Source of the DNA: an uncultured Alphaproteobacteria bacterium
GTDB lineage: Bacteria > Pseudomonadota > Alphaproteobacteria > Rhizobiales > Beijerinckiaceae
Direction: 5' to 3'
Length of the DNA: 64,000 nt
NCBI GenBank assembly: GCA_963811975.1
Contig: CAWETR010000024.1
Location: forward strand, 49,947 to 113,946
The translations under genes and the position numbers were made by a program. Under the pieces are notes generated by a model, which had not been told where the DNA came from, did not search any database, and saw nothing but the letters and a program-made list of their open reading frames with translations. Positions 10,229 through 21,603 of the stretch are shown here, one piece after another; within the stretch, counting starts at the first letter, position 1; every line of letters starts with the position of its first letter.

Positions 10229-10693
10229 ATGAGCTGCTCACGTCACGCTGGCGCGCGTTTCGCGCATCGCCCCATGCGCTGGAGGCCGCTCGAAGCCGTC
10301 GCGATGATTCTCGGCTTCGTCGTTTTCTGGCCCGTCGGCCTCGCCATCCTGGGCTGGAAAATCTACCAGTCCAAAACCCAATATGCCGGCGATTTCGGCC
10401 AGTTCGCCCAGGAAAAATGGGGCGGATTCGACAAACGCTGCGGGTTGGGCGGCATGGCCCGCAATTTTGGCGGCGGCTGGCAGTCCAGCGGCAATTCCGC
10501 CTTCGACGACTGGCGCAAGGTCGAACTGGAGCGCCTCGAAGAGGAGCGCCGCAAAATCTACGAAGCCGAAAAGGCCTTCTACGACTATCTCGAAGGTCTG
10601 CGCCAGGCCAAGGACCGCGAGGAATTCGAGCGCTTCATGGCCAGCCGCGCCGCCTCCTCGGCGCCGCAAGGGCAGGAGCCCAAGAACACCTGA
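10229..10693 (+). CDS. DUF2852 domain membrane protein
   Basis: AMILGFVVFWPVGLAILGW, SSGNSAFDDWR..ELERLEEE, LRQAKDREEFERFM. Confidence 0.9.
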   Translation: MSCSRHAGARFAHRPMRWRPLEAVAMILGFVVFWPVGLAILGWKIYQSKTQYAGDFGQFAQEKWGGFDKRCGLGGMARNFGGGWQSSGNSAFDDWRKVELERLEEERRKIYEAEKAFYDYLEGLRQAKDREEFERFMASRAASSAPQGQEPKNT

Positions 10694-10704
10694 CCGCAAT
10701 CCGG

Positions 10705-10729
10705 CGGCGGCCTTCGGGCCGCCGTTTCT
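10705..10729 (+). terminator. hairpin after DUF2852
   Basis: CGGCGGCC-TTCG-GGCCGCCG followed by TTTCT. Confidence 0.55.
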
Positions 10730-10746
10730 CATTTCCGGAGCCAGAC

Positions 10747-12887
10747 ATGCGCGCCTTCCTCCTGGCCAAGATCGGGCTGGCCCCCTTCGTGCTGTTCTGG
10801 CTGCTGGCGCCGTCCGCGCCCGGCCCCGCGATCCTCGTCTCACTCGGCCTCGCGGCGGTCGTCAATCTCTGGCGCTGGCGGCGCAACGATCTGAAGCAGA
10901 TGGAGGTCGCGGGGCTGCTGCTGTTCGCCGGCCTCGCCCTTGGCCTGTGGCTCGCGCCGGATTTCGTCGCGGCGCGCGCGCTGCCGCTGTCTTTCCTCGC
11001 TCTGGCCTTGGCGGCCTTCGTCTCGCTCGGCCGGGACCGGCCGTGGACGGCGGATTATGCGTCCGCCGCATATCCCGGCCAGCGGGAAAGCCCGATCTTC
11101 ATCGGGATCAACAAGGCCTTGTCCAGCTTGTGGATGGCGATTTTCCTCGGCCTCGGCCTGCTGGCATGGTTTGGCGCGCCGCCGCTTCCGCGCTGGCCTT
11201 GACGCTGGCCGGCGCCGTGCTCACGATTTTCGGGCCGGACCGGCTGGTGCGCTCGGTGCTGTCGCGCAAACTCGCGGCGGCCAAGGAATTTGACTGGCCT
11301 TCGCCCGATTTCGCCGTCCCGCGCGCTCGCTGGCGAACTGGATGTGGCCATCGTCGGCGCGGGTATCGGCGGCCTGTCGGCGGCGGCTTTGCTCGCGGCC
11401 CGGGGTCTGAAGGTCAAAGTCTTCGAGCAGCATGTGCTGCCGGGCGGCTATTGCCATTCCTGGCTGCGCAAGGCCCGCCATGACGGCAAGCCGCTCGTCT
11501 TTCGCTTCGATGCGGGGCCGCATGACTTTTCCGGGGCCTTTCCCGGCGGAACGCTCGACAAATTGCTGCGCCGCCTCGGTTGCTCCGACGCGATCGACTG
11601 GCGCCGGCTCGACTATCGCTTCCTCCGCGCCGACGGCGAGACGTTCGATCCGCCGCGCGACTGGCGCGCCCATGCGCAGGCGCTGGCGACAGCGCTACCC
11701 GGACGATTCCGAGGGAATCGTCACGATTTTCGAGACGATGAAAGCCTTGTTCGACGCGATCAGCCCGCCCGGCGAGACTTTTCCCGGGCCGCCGTCGAGC
11801 GTCGAGGCCATGCTGGATTTCGCCCGGAAAAACCCGTTGTTCGTGCAATGGGGCGAGCGCCCGTTCATCGAACTGCTCGAGCGTCACGTGCATGGGCCGG
11901 ACGCCCGCGCCGCGCTGCTGGCGATGGTCGGCTATATCAGCGACGATGTTTCCGCGCCGAGCTGCGCCGAAATGGCGCCGATCTTCGGCTATTATTTCGA
12001 GGGCGGCTTCTATCCGCTCGGCGGGAACCAGCCGTTTCTCCGAGGCGCTGGCCGAGGCCGTCATCGGGAATGGCGGCGAGATCGCCTACAAGACCCCGGT
12101 CCGGAAAATTCTGGTCGAAAACGGGCGCGCCGCCGGCCTGCTGCTGGAGAATGGCGAAACCATCCGGGCGCGCGCCGTGATCGCCAACAGCGATCCGCGC
12201 AAGACCTTTCTCGATCTGGTCGACGCGCAGCATCTGCCGGCCGGCTTCCGCGAAAAAATCGCCGCAGCGCCGCCGGCGGTCTCGGGATTTGCCGTCCATC
12301 TCGGCGTGGCGGGCGAATGGGACGGCCAGCCGCTGACCTTTGTCGCGGGCGATCCGGATATCCTGATCGCGCGGCCGGGGCTGGTCGACCCGAGCGACGC
12401 GCCGGACGGCTACGAGGCGATCGATATCCTGACCCTTCTGCCCCACGACAAGGCGAAGGACTGGCTGCCGCCGGCCGGCGGGCCGGACTGGCGCGAATGG
12501 CGGCGCTCGGAGGACTATTCGCGCCGCAAGGAGGCGCTGGCCGAGAGCTTGATCGCGCAGGCCGAAAAGGCGCTGCCAGGCTTGCGCGAAAAAATCGTCT
12601 TCCGCTGCGAGGCGAGCCCCGTGACTTACGCCCGCTACGATCATGCGAGCGCCGGCGCCATTTACGGCATCGCGCCGCAGGGGCGGATGCGCGGGTCGAA
12701 AAGCCCGGTTCCCGGCCTGTTCGTCGCCGGGGCGATCAATCTCGGACCCGGCGTCGAAGCCGCCGCTCTGTCCGGAATCTGGGCGGCGGAGGCGGTCGCG
12801 CCCGGGGCGGCGCCCGCGCGCAGTGGCGCCCCCCGCGTCCGCAAAGCGGGATGCGCCGGCCGTCGTGGGTTAAATTTTAAACGTTAA
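10747..12887 (+). CDS. N-terminal multi-TM domain apparently fused to a phytoene-desaturase-like FAD/NAD(P) oxidoreductase (frameshifts near 11195, 11320, 11695, 12030)
   Basis: TM region with RPWTADY; Rossmann DVAIVGAGIGGLSAAALLA..G.KV.VFEQH..PGG; FRFDAGPHDFSG; GFYPLGG; C-terminal GPGVEAAALSG. Confidence 0.72.
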
Positions 12888-12935
12888 CTATCTTGCTTCA
12901 GGGGAGCTTAACGCTGCGGTCGCAGGAATCGCGAC

Positions 12936-14119
12936 ATGGCGCGTCGAAGCAATTCTCTCCTCCTGCTTGCGATCGGGCTCGGCGGCCTGCTCGGAGGGCT
13001 GGCCGGCTGCTCGAAATTCGAGCGCGCCGAACGCCCGGCCTGGCGCACGCGCGCCGAAAACAGCTGTTTCGCGGAGCGCCGGGTCGCGCTCAGCCCCTTC
13101 ATCCAGCCCGCCGCCCATGAGATCGACGGCCCCTCGATCTGCGGCCTGACCCGACCCTTGAAGGTCACCGCGCTGCAGAACGGCGCGGTCCTGTTCAGTT
13201 CGACGCAGACGCTCGACTGCCCGATGGTGGCGGCGCTCGATTCCTGGCTCGCGGAGGTGGTCCAGCCAGCGGCGCAGGCGCGCTTCGGCCAGAACGTCGT
13301 GCAGGTCGATTCGATGGGCTCCTACAATTGTCGCGGCATGAACAACCAGATCGGCGCCCGGCTGTCGGAACATTCCTTCGGCAATGCGCTGGATATCGGC
13401 GGCTTCCAGCTCGCCGACGGCCGGCGGATCACGTCTGGTCCACGACTGGTGGCGGGGCGAGCCGCAAACCCAGGCCTTCCTGCACGACCTGCACAACGGC
13501 GCCTGCGATCGCTTCTCGACCGTGCTCAGCCCGGGCTCGAACCCGTTCCACTACAATCACATTCACGTCGATCTGGCGATGCACGGCATGAGTTCGACCG
13601 GGCCGCGCCGGATCTGCAAGCCCGCGCCAGCAGAACACGACCGCGCCGCCGCCGGCCAAGGACGGCCTGCCCGAAACGCCCGATTTCGACGACGATCTCG
13701 ACGTCGCCCAGGCCGGCGCGCCGCACGGCGTCGCGGCTTATGCGATGAGTGGCGGCGGCAGCCTCGCGCTGTCGGGCGCGGAGGCCGAGCCCGTGCGCAG
13801 GGCGCCCCCTGCGGCCATGATGTCACAAGCGCCTGCGACGCCCCCGTCACGAGCGCCCGCGGCCATCGTGGCGCAGCCGCTGCCGGCCGTCGCCGCGAAA
13901 GCGCCGGAGGCCTCCGTCATCGCGCAAACCTCGCCGCCGCCCGCGCCGCCGCGCCGGCCCAACGCCGTCGGCCCGGTCGCCCTGCATGCGCAATTGCCGC
14001 TCGACGAGCCGGCGTCGCCGCGCCACGAAACACGCGGCGCGATGCGCGAGGACGGGGTTTATGTGCCTGAGGGCTCGCCCGAGGATTTCGACCTGCCGCC
14101 GCGCGGACGCGCGCGCTGA
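12936..14119 (+). CDS. extensin-like C-terminal domain lipoprotein with Pro/Ala-rich tail (frameshifts near 13435 and 13635)
   Basis: lipobox LAGC; GSYNCRGMN...LSEHSFGNALDI; FSTVLSPGSNPFHYNHIHVDL. Confidence 0.75.
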
Positions 14120-14122
14120 GCC

Positions 14123-14314
14123 TCAATCCTCGTCGAATTCGTCGTCTTCAAATTCGATCAGGGCCACGCAAGCGGCGGGAAGGGTCGCGGTGCGGACCGC
14201 GTCGTCGCTGTCGGCGTACCAGACCACGTCCACGTCGTCCTTGGTCTGCCGGACGACGGTCATGCCGCGGCCGCCGGATTTGAGTTGCACGACTTCGCCG
14301 GGTTTGAAGGCCAT
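14123..14314 (-). CDS. YodC/DUF2158 family small protein
   Basis: MAFKPGEVVQLKSGGRGMTV...VVWY. Confidence 0.85.
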   Translation of the reverse strand: MAFKPGEVVQLKSGGRGMTVVRQTKDDVDVVWYADSDDAVRTATLPAACVALIEFEDDEFDED

Positions 14315-14368
14315 TGTTTCCTCTCTTGCTTGCAGTCTTTCGTCCGGGTTTGCGGGCGAATCCGGTGC

Positions 14369-15265
14369 TCAGGGCCATTTCACTATGGGCGGCATGGATG
14401 ACAGAATGGAGTCGACATTGCCGCCGGTCTTGAGGCCGAAAATGGTGCCGCGATCGTAGAGCAGGTTGAACTCGACATAGCGGCCGCGCCGCACGAGCTG
14501 CTCCTCGCGCTGTTCGGGAGTCCAGGTCTTGCCCCTGTTGGCTTCGACCAGCCGCGGGTAAATGTCGAGGAAGGCTTCGCCGACCGCGCGGGTGAAGGCG
14601 AAGGCGGGATCGAAGCTCTCGCCGCCGGCTTCGAGATAATCGTAGAAAATGCCGCCGATCCCGCGTGGCTCGTTGCGGTGCTTCAGGAAGAAATAGTCTT
14701 CGCACCAGGCCTTGAAGCGCGGGTAATCGGCGACGTCGTGGCCCTCGCAGGCCCGCGCCATCGCGGCGTGGAAGGCGACGCTGTCCGGGTCGTCCTGCGT
14801 CCGGCGGGCGTCGAGCACCGGCGTCAGGTCGGCGCCGCCGCCAAACCAGGCGCGCGAGGTGACGACCATGCGCGTGTTCATGTGGACGGCGGGAACGTTC
14901 GGGTTCCACGGATGGACGATCAGCGAGATGCCGCCCGCCCAGAAGCGCGGGTCGTGGTCGGCGCCGGGAATCTGCTTGGCGAATTCCGGCGCGAAGGTCC
15001 CGTGCACGGCGGAGCAATGCACGCCCGCCTTTTCGAACAATCGTCCCTTGAGCAGCCCCATGCGGCCGCCGCCGCCGGGCGCGCCGTCGTGATTGGTCCG
15101 CTCCCAGGGCTTCAGCGCGAAGGCGCCGGGCTCGGCGCCGGGTTCGGCCAGCACGGAATCGGCGCGGCGCTCCAGCGCCTCGAAGGATTCGACGATGCGC
15201 CTTTGCAGCGCCTCGAACCATTCCACCGCCGCGCGCTTGCGCGCCTCCAGACTCGTGTCGGTCAC
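14369..15265 (-). CDS. hemF: oxygen-dependent coproporphyrinogen III oxidase
   Basis: [60 protein letters not shown]. Confidence 0.97.
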   Translation of the reverse strand: MTDTSLEARKRAAVEWFEALQRRIVESFEALERRADSVLAEPGAEPGAFALKPWERTNHDGAPGGGGRMGLLKGRLFEKAGVHCSAVHGTFAPEFAKQIPGADHDPRFWAGGISLIVHPWNPNVPAVHMNTRMVVTSRAWFGGGADLTPVLDARRTQDDPDSVAFHAAMARACEGHDVADYPRFKAWCEDYFFLKHRNEPRGIGGIFYDYLEAGGESFDPAFAFTRAVGEAFLDIYPRLVEANRGKTWTPEQREEQLVRRGRYVEFNLLYDRGTIFGLKTGGNVDSILSSMPPIVKWP

Positions 15266-15766
15266 TGAACTTCCCCTTTGCCCTCCAGCGGGGCGAATCC
15301 GTTCGTTTGGCGCAAAGCTTCGCCCAAAACCATCGCCGCCGCCACCGCGACGTTGAGGGAGCGCAAATCCGCGCGCATCGGAATGAGCAGCGTCGCGTCG
15401 GCGGCGTCATGGACCTCGGGCGGGGCGCCGGCGGATTCGCGGCCGACCATCACGATGTCGCCGGGGCGGAAGGCGAAGTCGGAATAGGGCGTCGCACCGC
15501 TCGTGGACAGCAGCAGCAGCCTGCGGCCCGTTGTCGCACGCCAGCTCTCGAAGGCGCGCCAGGACGCATGGCGCGCCAGCGCGCACATGGTCGAGGTAAT
15601 CCATGCCGGCGCGGCGGAAATGCTTGTCGGATATCGGAAATCCGGCGGGCTCGATGAGCGCCGCATCGACGCCGAGACAGGCGCAGAGCCGCAACATGGT
15701 CCCCGCGTTCTGCGGAATGTCGGGCTGGAAGAGGGCGAGGCAAAGCGGCGCTTCGGCGGCAGGCAT
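15262..15766 (-). CDS. trmL: tRNA (cytidine(34)-2'-O)-methyltransferase (frameshift near 15585)
   Basis: [44 protein letters not shown] across ORFs 15407 and 15262. Confidence 0.88.
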
Positions 15767-16203
15767 GAAATCTCGATAGCATCGCCGCGCGGCCGCGCCA
15801 ATCGTCTTCGCGCGCGGGGCGGCGGGACCTTCGAAGCGCCCGCGGCCGGGTCCTCTGCCGAGCCGCAATTTTGAGCGGGCGCGATTCTGCTCCTTCTTTA
15901 GGCTGAGATCGCGCGGCGAATGCGGAAAAAAGCCGCGCGGTCTCAGCCTTTCTTCTTAGCGGGGTCTATGGACAATGGGGCTGAAAGGCGCCAAATAACG
16001 GCGCTTGCCGTAACAGGCCCGCCTTCCTTTCGCTGCCGCGCCTTGCTGTTTCACGGCCCGCGCGTCCAGCGATTTCGGCGGAGAGTTTTTTCGCCGCGCG
16101 CCGACGATTCGTTCCAAGACGCGCGAAGTTCAATGGCTTCGCCAGGTGAGGCGAAGCGGTTTCCGCAAGGCGCGGAGACCCGCCAACGATTGGGGACGTA
16201 AAC

Positions 16204-16722
16204 TTGGCCAGCGCAACGACGGTCGAACCGACCCGCAGAGACTTTCTGTATATCGCCACCGGGGCCGTGGCCGCCGTGGGCGTCGCCGCCGTCGTGTGGC
16301 CGCTGATCAACCAGATGAGCCCCGACGCCTCGACGCTCGCTCTGGCCTCGACCGAAGTCGATATCGGCGCGATCCCGGAAGGCCAGATCGTCACGATCAA
16401 GTGGCGCGGCAAGCCGGTCTTCATCAGCCACCGCACGCCGACCGAAATCAAGGCGGCGGAAGACGTCAATGTCGCCACGCTTCCCGATCCGCAGGCCGAT
16501 TCGGCCCGCGTGCAGAAGCCGCAATGGCTGATCGTCATCGGCGTCTGCACCCATCTCGGCTGCATTCCGCTGGGACACCAGGGCGAATATGGCGGCTGGT
16601 TCTGCCCGTGCCACGGTTCGGTCTACGACACCTCGGGCCGCATCCGCAAAGGCCCGGCGCCGCGTAACCTCGCCGTTCCGGACTACAAGTTCCTGACCGA
16701 CACCAAAGTCAAAATCGGCTGA
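16204..16722 (+). CDS. petA: ubiquinol-cytochrome c reductase Rieske Fe-S subunit
   Basis: Tat motif [14 protein letters not shown] and CPCHGS boxes. Confidence 0.97.
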   Translation: MASATTVEPTRRDFLYIATGAVAAVGVAAVVWPLINQMSPDASTLALASTEVDIGAIPEGQIVTIKWRGKPVFISHRTPTEIKAAEDVNVATLPDPQADSARVQKPQWLIVIGVCTHLGCIPLGHQGEYGGWFCPCHGSVYDTSGRIRKGPAPRNLAVPDYKFLTDTKVKIG

Positions 16723-16784
16723 CCGCGGTCCGGCCCGCGCCGGACGCTCCCGCCCGTCCCACCGAATTTTCGAAGAGATACCAG

Positions 16785-18065
16785 ATGCACGGACACTCAA
16801 CATTCGAGCCGAAGAACGGCCTGGTGAAATGGCTTGAGGCGCGCCTGCCGATCCTCAGCTTCTCGCACGCTTCCTTCGTCGCCTATCCGACTCCGAAGAA
16901 CCTCAATTACTGGTGGACCTTCGGCGCGATCCTGTCCTTCATGCTGATCGCCCAGATCGTCACCGGCGTCGTGCTGACCATGCACTACACCCCGGAAGAG
17001 ACCATGGCCTTCTCGTCGGTCGAGAAGATCATGCGCGACGTCAACTGGGGCTGGATGCTGCGCTACGCGCACGCCAACGGCGCCTCGATGTTCTTCTTCG
17101 CCGTCTATATCCACATGTTCCGCGGCATCTATTACGGCTCCTACAAGGCGCCGCGCGAAGTGCTGTGGATCCTCGGCGTGATCATCTTCCTGCTCATGAT
17201 GGCCACCGGCTTCATGGGCTACGTGCTGCCCTGGGGCCAGATGTCCTTCTGGGGCGCCACCGTCATCACCAACCTGTTCTCCGCCATTCCCTTCGTCGGC
17301 GACGACATCACGGTCTGGCTGTGGGGCGGCTATTCGGTCGGCAACCCGACCCTGAACCGCTTCTTCGCGCTGCATTACCTGCTGCCCTTCGTCATCGTGG
17401 CGGTCGTCGGCCTCCACGTCTGGGCGCTGCACGTGTGCGGCCAGAACAATCCGGACGGCATCGAGATCAAGAACATCGAGAAGGACACCGTGCCCTTCAC
17501 GCCGCATGCGACCATGAAGGACAGCCTGGGCATCGTTCTGTTCCTGCTGCTCTATTGCTGGTTCATCTTCTACATCCCCAACTATCTCGGCGACGCGGAC
17601 AACTACATCCAGGCGAACCCGATGAAGACCCCGCCGCACATCGTGCCGGAATGGTACTTCCTGCCGTTCTACGCGATCCTGCGTTCGATCCCGAACAAGC
17701 TCGCGGGCGTCATCGCCATGTTCTCGGCGATCGCGGTCCTCGCCTTCCTGCCCTGGCTGGACACGTCGAAGGTGCGCTCGGCCAAGTATCGCCCGATCTA
17801 CAAGATCTTCTTCTGGGTCTTCGTGGTCTGCGCGGTCGGCCTGGGCTATCTCGGCGCCATGCCCCCGGAAGGCGGCTATGTTCTGGCGTCGCGCATTCTC
17901 GCCGTGGCCTATTTCGCCTTCTTCCTGATCGTTCTGCCGCTGCTTGGCCTTTTCGAAAAGACCAAGCCGGTGCCGGCCTCCATCGCCGACGCGGTTCTCG
18001 CCAAGCACGGGTCCGCTTCATCGGTCGCGGCGGCCGCCGCCTCCGCTCCGCAGACCAAGGGCTGA
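16785..18065 (+). CDS. petB: cytochrome b
   Basis: [48 protein letters not shown]. Confidence 0.98.
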   Translation: MHGHSTFEPKNGLVKWLEARLPILSFSHASFVAYPTPKNLNYWWTFGAILSFMLIAQIVTGVVLTMHYTPEETMAFSSVEKIMRDVNWGWMLRYAHANGASMFFFAVYIHMFRGIYYGSYKAPREVLWILGVIIFLLMMATGFMGYVLPWGQMSFWGATVITNLFSAIPFVGDDITVWLWGGYSVGNPTLNRFFALHYLLPFVIVAVVGLHVWALHVCGQNNPDGIEIKNIEKDTVPFTPHATMKDSLGIVLFLLLYCWFIFYIPNYLGDADNYIQANPMKTPPHIVPEWYFLPFYAILRSIPNKLAGVIAMFSAIAVLAFLPWLDTSKVRSAKYRPIYKIFFWVFVVCAVGLGYLGAMPPEGGYVLASRILAVAYFAFFLIVLPLLGLFEKTKPVPASIADAVLAKHGSASSVAAAAASAPQTKG

Positions 18066-18090
18066 CCGGCCGATTTCGAGGAACTCAACA

Positions 18091-18932
18091 ATGAACTTCA
18101 CCAAGAAAATCGGAATCGCCGCGGCGGCCCTGATCGGCGCCGTCGCCTTCTCCAGCCCTCGCGTTCAGCGCCGAAGAGGGCGGCGCCGAACAGCCGAACC
18201 CGACCCGCCAGACCTGGTCCTTCTCCGGCCCCTTCGGCACCTACGACCAGGCGCAGCTGCAGCGCGGCTTCAAGATCTACAAGGAAGTCTGCTCGAACTG
18301 CCACGAGCTGCACATCACCGATGCGCACGCTCGCCCAGCCGGGCGGTCCGGGCTTCACGGAAGAGCAGGTCAAGACGCTCGCCGCGACCTATACGGTGCA
18401 TGACGGCCCGAACCTGCAGGGCGAAATGTTCGATCGTCCCGGCCGTCCGTCGGACTTCTTCCCGCCGCCGTTCCCGAATCCGGAAGCCGCCGCCGCCTCG
18501 CTCGGCGCCGCGCCGCCGGACATGTCGCTGCTCGCCAAGTCGATCAAATACGAGCGCGGCTTCCCGAATTTCGTGTTCGACGCTTTGCCCATTCCCGGCG
18601 TCGGCATGTACCAGGAAGTCGGCCCGGACCTGATCTACGCGATCCTGAACGGCTACACCCGTGACGACGATCCGAACTGGAACCTCTATTTCCCGGGCCA
18701 CAAGATCGCCATGGGCAAGCCGCTGACGGCCGGCCAGGTCGATTACACCGACGGCACGCCGACCACCCTCGATCAATACGCCAAGGATGTCGGCGCGTTC
18801 CTGTACTGGGCTGCTGAGCCGAGCCTGGAGCAGCGCAAGCGCATCGGCGCGCGCGTCATGATCTTCCTGCTCGTGCTGGCGGGATTGCTCTATTTCACCA
18901 AGAAACGGATCTGGGCGGACGTCGCCCACTGA
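18091..18932 (+). CDS. petC: cytochrome c1 (frameshifts near 18157 and 18320)
   Basis: signal peptide, [46 protein letters not shown]-terminal TM and KKRIW. Confidence 0.92.
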
Positions 18933-18962
18933 CCGGCCGAAGGGCCGGGCAGATCGCAACCG

Positions 18963-18991
18963 AAAGAGGCCCTCCGGGGGCCTCTTTTTTT
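18963..18991. terminator. intrinsic terminator after petC (between convergent genes)
   Basis: stem AAAGAGGCCC...GGGCCTCTTT followed by a T-run. Confidence 0.8.
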
Positions 18992-18993
18992 AT

Positions 18994-19260
18994 TTAGTGA
19001 TGCTCGTTCTCGGTGGCGGCGTGCGCCGCGCGGCCGCCCTTGCGTCCCGCGGTCTTCGCCAGATCCTTGTCGCGGGCGAAACTGCGGTTCGTCGGGCTGA
19101 CGCTGCGTCCGCCCTTGCGCCCGGCCTCGGCCGCCAGTTCGGCGTTTTGCGAAAAACTCCGTTTTTCGCGCGGGACGCTCTCGCCGCCCTTGCGCGCGAT
19201 CGCGCGTTGCTTTTCCGGATCCATCGAGGCAAAACCCCGAGCTTTCTTCGTCGTCTCCAT
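18994..19260 (-). CDS. KGG-repeat general stress protein
   Basis: RGFASMDPEKQRAIARKGG and three (R)KGG repeats. Confidence 0.9.
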   Translation of the reverse strand: METTKKARGFASMDPEKQRAIARKGGESVPREKRSFSQNAELAAEAGRKGGRSVSPTNRSFARDKDLAKTAGRKGGRAAHAATENEHH

Positions 19261-19468
19261 GTCGAATATCCTTGCGGCGTCGCGCGCGCGAGGGCGCGCC
19301 TTCGAGCGGGCTTGCCTTGTGAAACGCGCGAACCGGCTTAAGGCTGCAATTTTTCACGCTTTTCCGAATCACCAAATCGTGAGAGGCGCGAAAGGGTCCG
19401 GCAAAGGCGTGGTTTCGGACCAAACCGCCGGATGCGGCGCGACGCCGCAATTCCCGCCCAGCGCCTGA

Positions 19469-20453
19469 TCAGTTTGCGTGGCTGTCGCCGAAACAGGCCA
19501 TGATGTCGTCGTGCGCCTGCGCTTTTTCCTCAGGCGTCAGGGCGTTGCGGGCCATCCGGGGCCAGTCGCCCCGGGCCTTGGCGCGCCCTACGGTGCAGGC
19601 GCAGGTTCGCTCGCAGAGGTCGGCCTCGTTCGCGTCCTGGAAACATTGCGCCGCGCATTGCGCGACGAAAAGCCGCTCGTGATTGGGCGAGACGACAAAC
19701 AAGGCGAGCAGGGACATCAACCCGAACAGCAGCGGCTGGTGGAGCAGATAGAACGCCAGCGAATGGCGCCCGCAGACTTGAAGCGCCCGCGACGGCAGGC
19801 CGGCGCGGGGTTCGACGGCCGTGAGGTCGCCGGCTTTTCCGCTCGGCGGGCGACGATCTGGCCGAGCGCCAGTCCGAACAGGACGAAGGCGAGCCAGGGC
19901 AGCAGCGGGCGGAAATCGTTGCTCGCCGGCTCGAATGTCCCGAGACCCGTCCACCAGAACATCGGCGCGTCGAAGACAGGCGCCGCGAAAAGCTTTGGCG
20001 CGACGAGCGCGAGGGCGCCGGCGGCGAGCAGGATCCAGCTTGGCGCCTCGACGAGCGGCGCGGCGATCAGGCTCGCGAGCGCGATGCAATGGAGGATGCC
20101 GAAAAAGATCGGCTCCTCGGGAAACAGCCAGAACGAGACCGCGCTGATCGCGGCGGCCGCCGCCACGATCATCGCCCAGCGCCGCCAGAAGGCCCGGCTG
20201 CGCAGCAGCGGACCGCGCCCGCGACGGGCGAGAGCGAGGCTGATCCCGACCAAAGTCAAGAAGCTCGCGGCGATGACATGGCCGAGCCAGTGAAACCCGG
20301 CAGAAAAGGGCGTCGCGGGATCGATCCAGCCGAAATAAGCGAGATCCCAGGTCAGGTGAAAGCCGAACATCGCCCAGAGCGCGACGCCGCGCGCCGAATC
20401 GACCCAGCCAAGACGGGGGATGGCGGCGCGCGGCGCGGGCGAGCGGCGGTCAC
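19469..20453 (-). CDS. DUF1624 / heparan-alpha-glucosaminide N-acetyltransferase domain membrane protein (frameshifted near 19800; start uncertain)
   Basis: DSARGVAL..M..FHLTWDL, IFFGILHCIA, NDFRPLLPW, GRHSLAFYLLHQP, Cys-rich C-terminus. Confidence 0.78.
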
Positions 20454-21415
20454 GGCTGGAAGCGCGAGAAGACCATGTCGGGCGCCGAAAGGTTGTGCCG
20501 CGAGGGCGACTGGCGTCCGGCCCACAACTCCGTCGCCATGGCGCCGGGGAAGGACAGCACCGGCGCTTCCTCCCAGCCTTTGCCGTCCTTGACGCGCCAG
20601 GCGACGCGGGCGACGTCGGCGTTGGTTTCGTTGGCGAACATCGAGCGCAGCGCCGCGAAGGGCAGTTCGCCGGGCATGGCGCCGGAATAATCGACGTCGA
20701 GCGCGACATGGTCCTGATCGACCTGCCTGATCGTCACCGTCGCCGATCCGCCCCGGACGAAATTCAGCGTGAACGCCTTCTTGGCGGGATCGAACGCGAT
20801 ATCCTTGATCGCGACGATCGGCCGCGGGCCGGCGGGCGAGTCCTGAACCTCCAGCGGGCCGATCTGGAACGACGAGCCATAGGCCGTCCAGCGCATGTCG
20901 CCGAAGGGCAGGGGGCGGATGCGCCAGTTGCCGTCCGACGGATAGAGCACCAGCACCTCCTCGGCGCGCTCGCGATAGAGCATCCAGAGCTGGATGTAAT
21001 TGAAGCCCGGCTCGACGTGGTCGCCGACCCGGATCGGCACATTGGCCGGGCGCCAGAAGTCCGGATCGGTCAGGCCGGTCAGCCACAAGGTCGGCGATTC
21101 GTAAAAGGTCTTGCGCGGCAGCGCGCCCTCGCCATGCGGAATGTTGCAGGCGGAAAAATCCGGCGCCCAGCGGTCCGTGTTGATCATGCCGATATAGGAG
21201 GGATGCGCCGCCTGGACGGTGAAATGGCGCACCTCCGGCGAAACGAAATCCAGCTCGACATTGTCGCGTTCGGCGCAAAGCTCGGGCGTGGACTTGTTGA
21301 CGACCTTCACCGCCAGTTCATTGACGAGTTCCTTGGCGCCTTCGGCCAAAGCGGGGGCGGTCCATGCCGGAGCGGCGAGGCAGGACAGGAGGAAGGCGAG
21401 GCGAAAAAGACGCAT
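20450..21415 (-). CDS. conserved hypothetical secreted protein
   Basis: 321-aa ORF with N-terminal signal peptide (APALA), RBS AAGGA; no family recognised. Confidence 0.75.
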   Translation of the reverse strand: MRLFRLAFLLSCLAAPAWTAPALAEGAKELVNELAVKVVNKSTPELCAERDNVELDFVSPEVRHFTVQAAHPSYIGMINTDRWAPDFSACNIPHGEGALPRKTFYESPTLWLTGLTDPDFWRPANVPIRVGDHVEPGFNYIQLWMLYRERAEEVLVLYPSDGNWRIRPLPFGDMRWTAYGSSFQIGPLEVQDSPAGPRPIVAIKDIAFDPAKKAFTLNFVRGGSATVTIRQVDQDHVALDVDYSGAMPGELPFAALRSMFANETNADVARVAWRVKDGKGWEEAPVLSFPGAMATELWAGRQSPSRHNLSAPDMVFSRFQP

Positions 21416-21603
21416 GGGATCATCCTTTGAGGATTTTTGGCTTTAAGCCGGCCGCGCCGGCAAGGCAAGCGCGCTGTCCAGGAGCGTAGCGCCTTTCCCA
21501 GCGCAAGCTCTGGCGCATTTCTCGCTTAAAGCTGGTTCTCCCGGCGCGAAGGCATTATGTAGGAAGCGGCGCCAGGGAGTGCGGACAGGGGTTCTCCTCG
21601 CAG

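Noticed and set aside
12870-12912. Cluster of TTAA half-sites as a CtrA box upstream of the extensin gene
   Set aside because: Spacing does not fit TTAA-N7-TTAA; probably just an AT-rich promoter.
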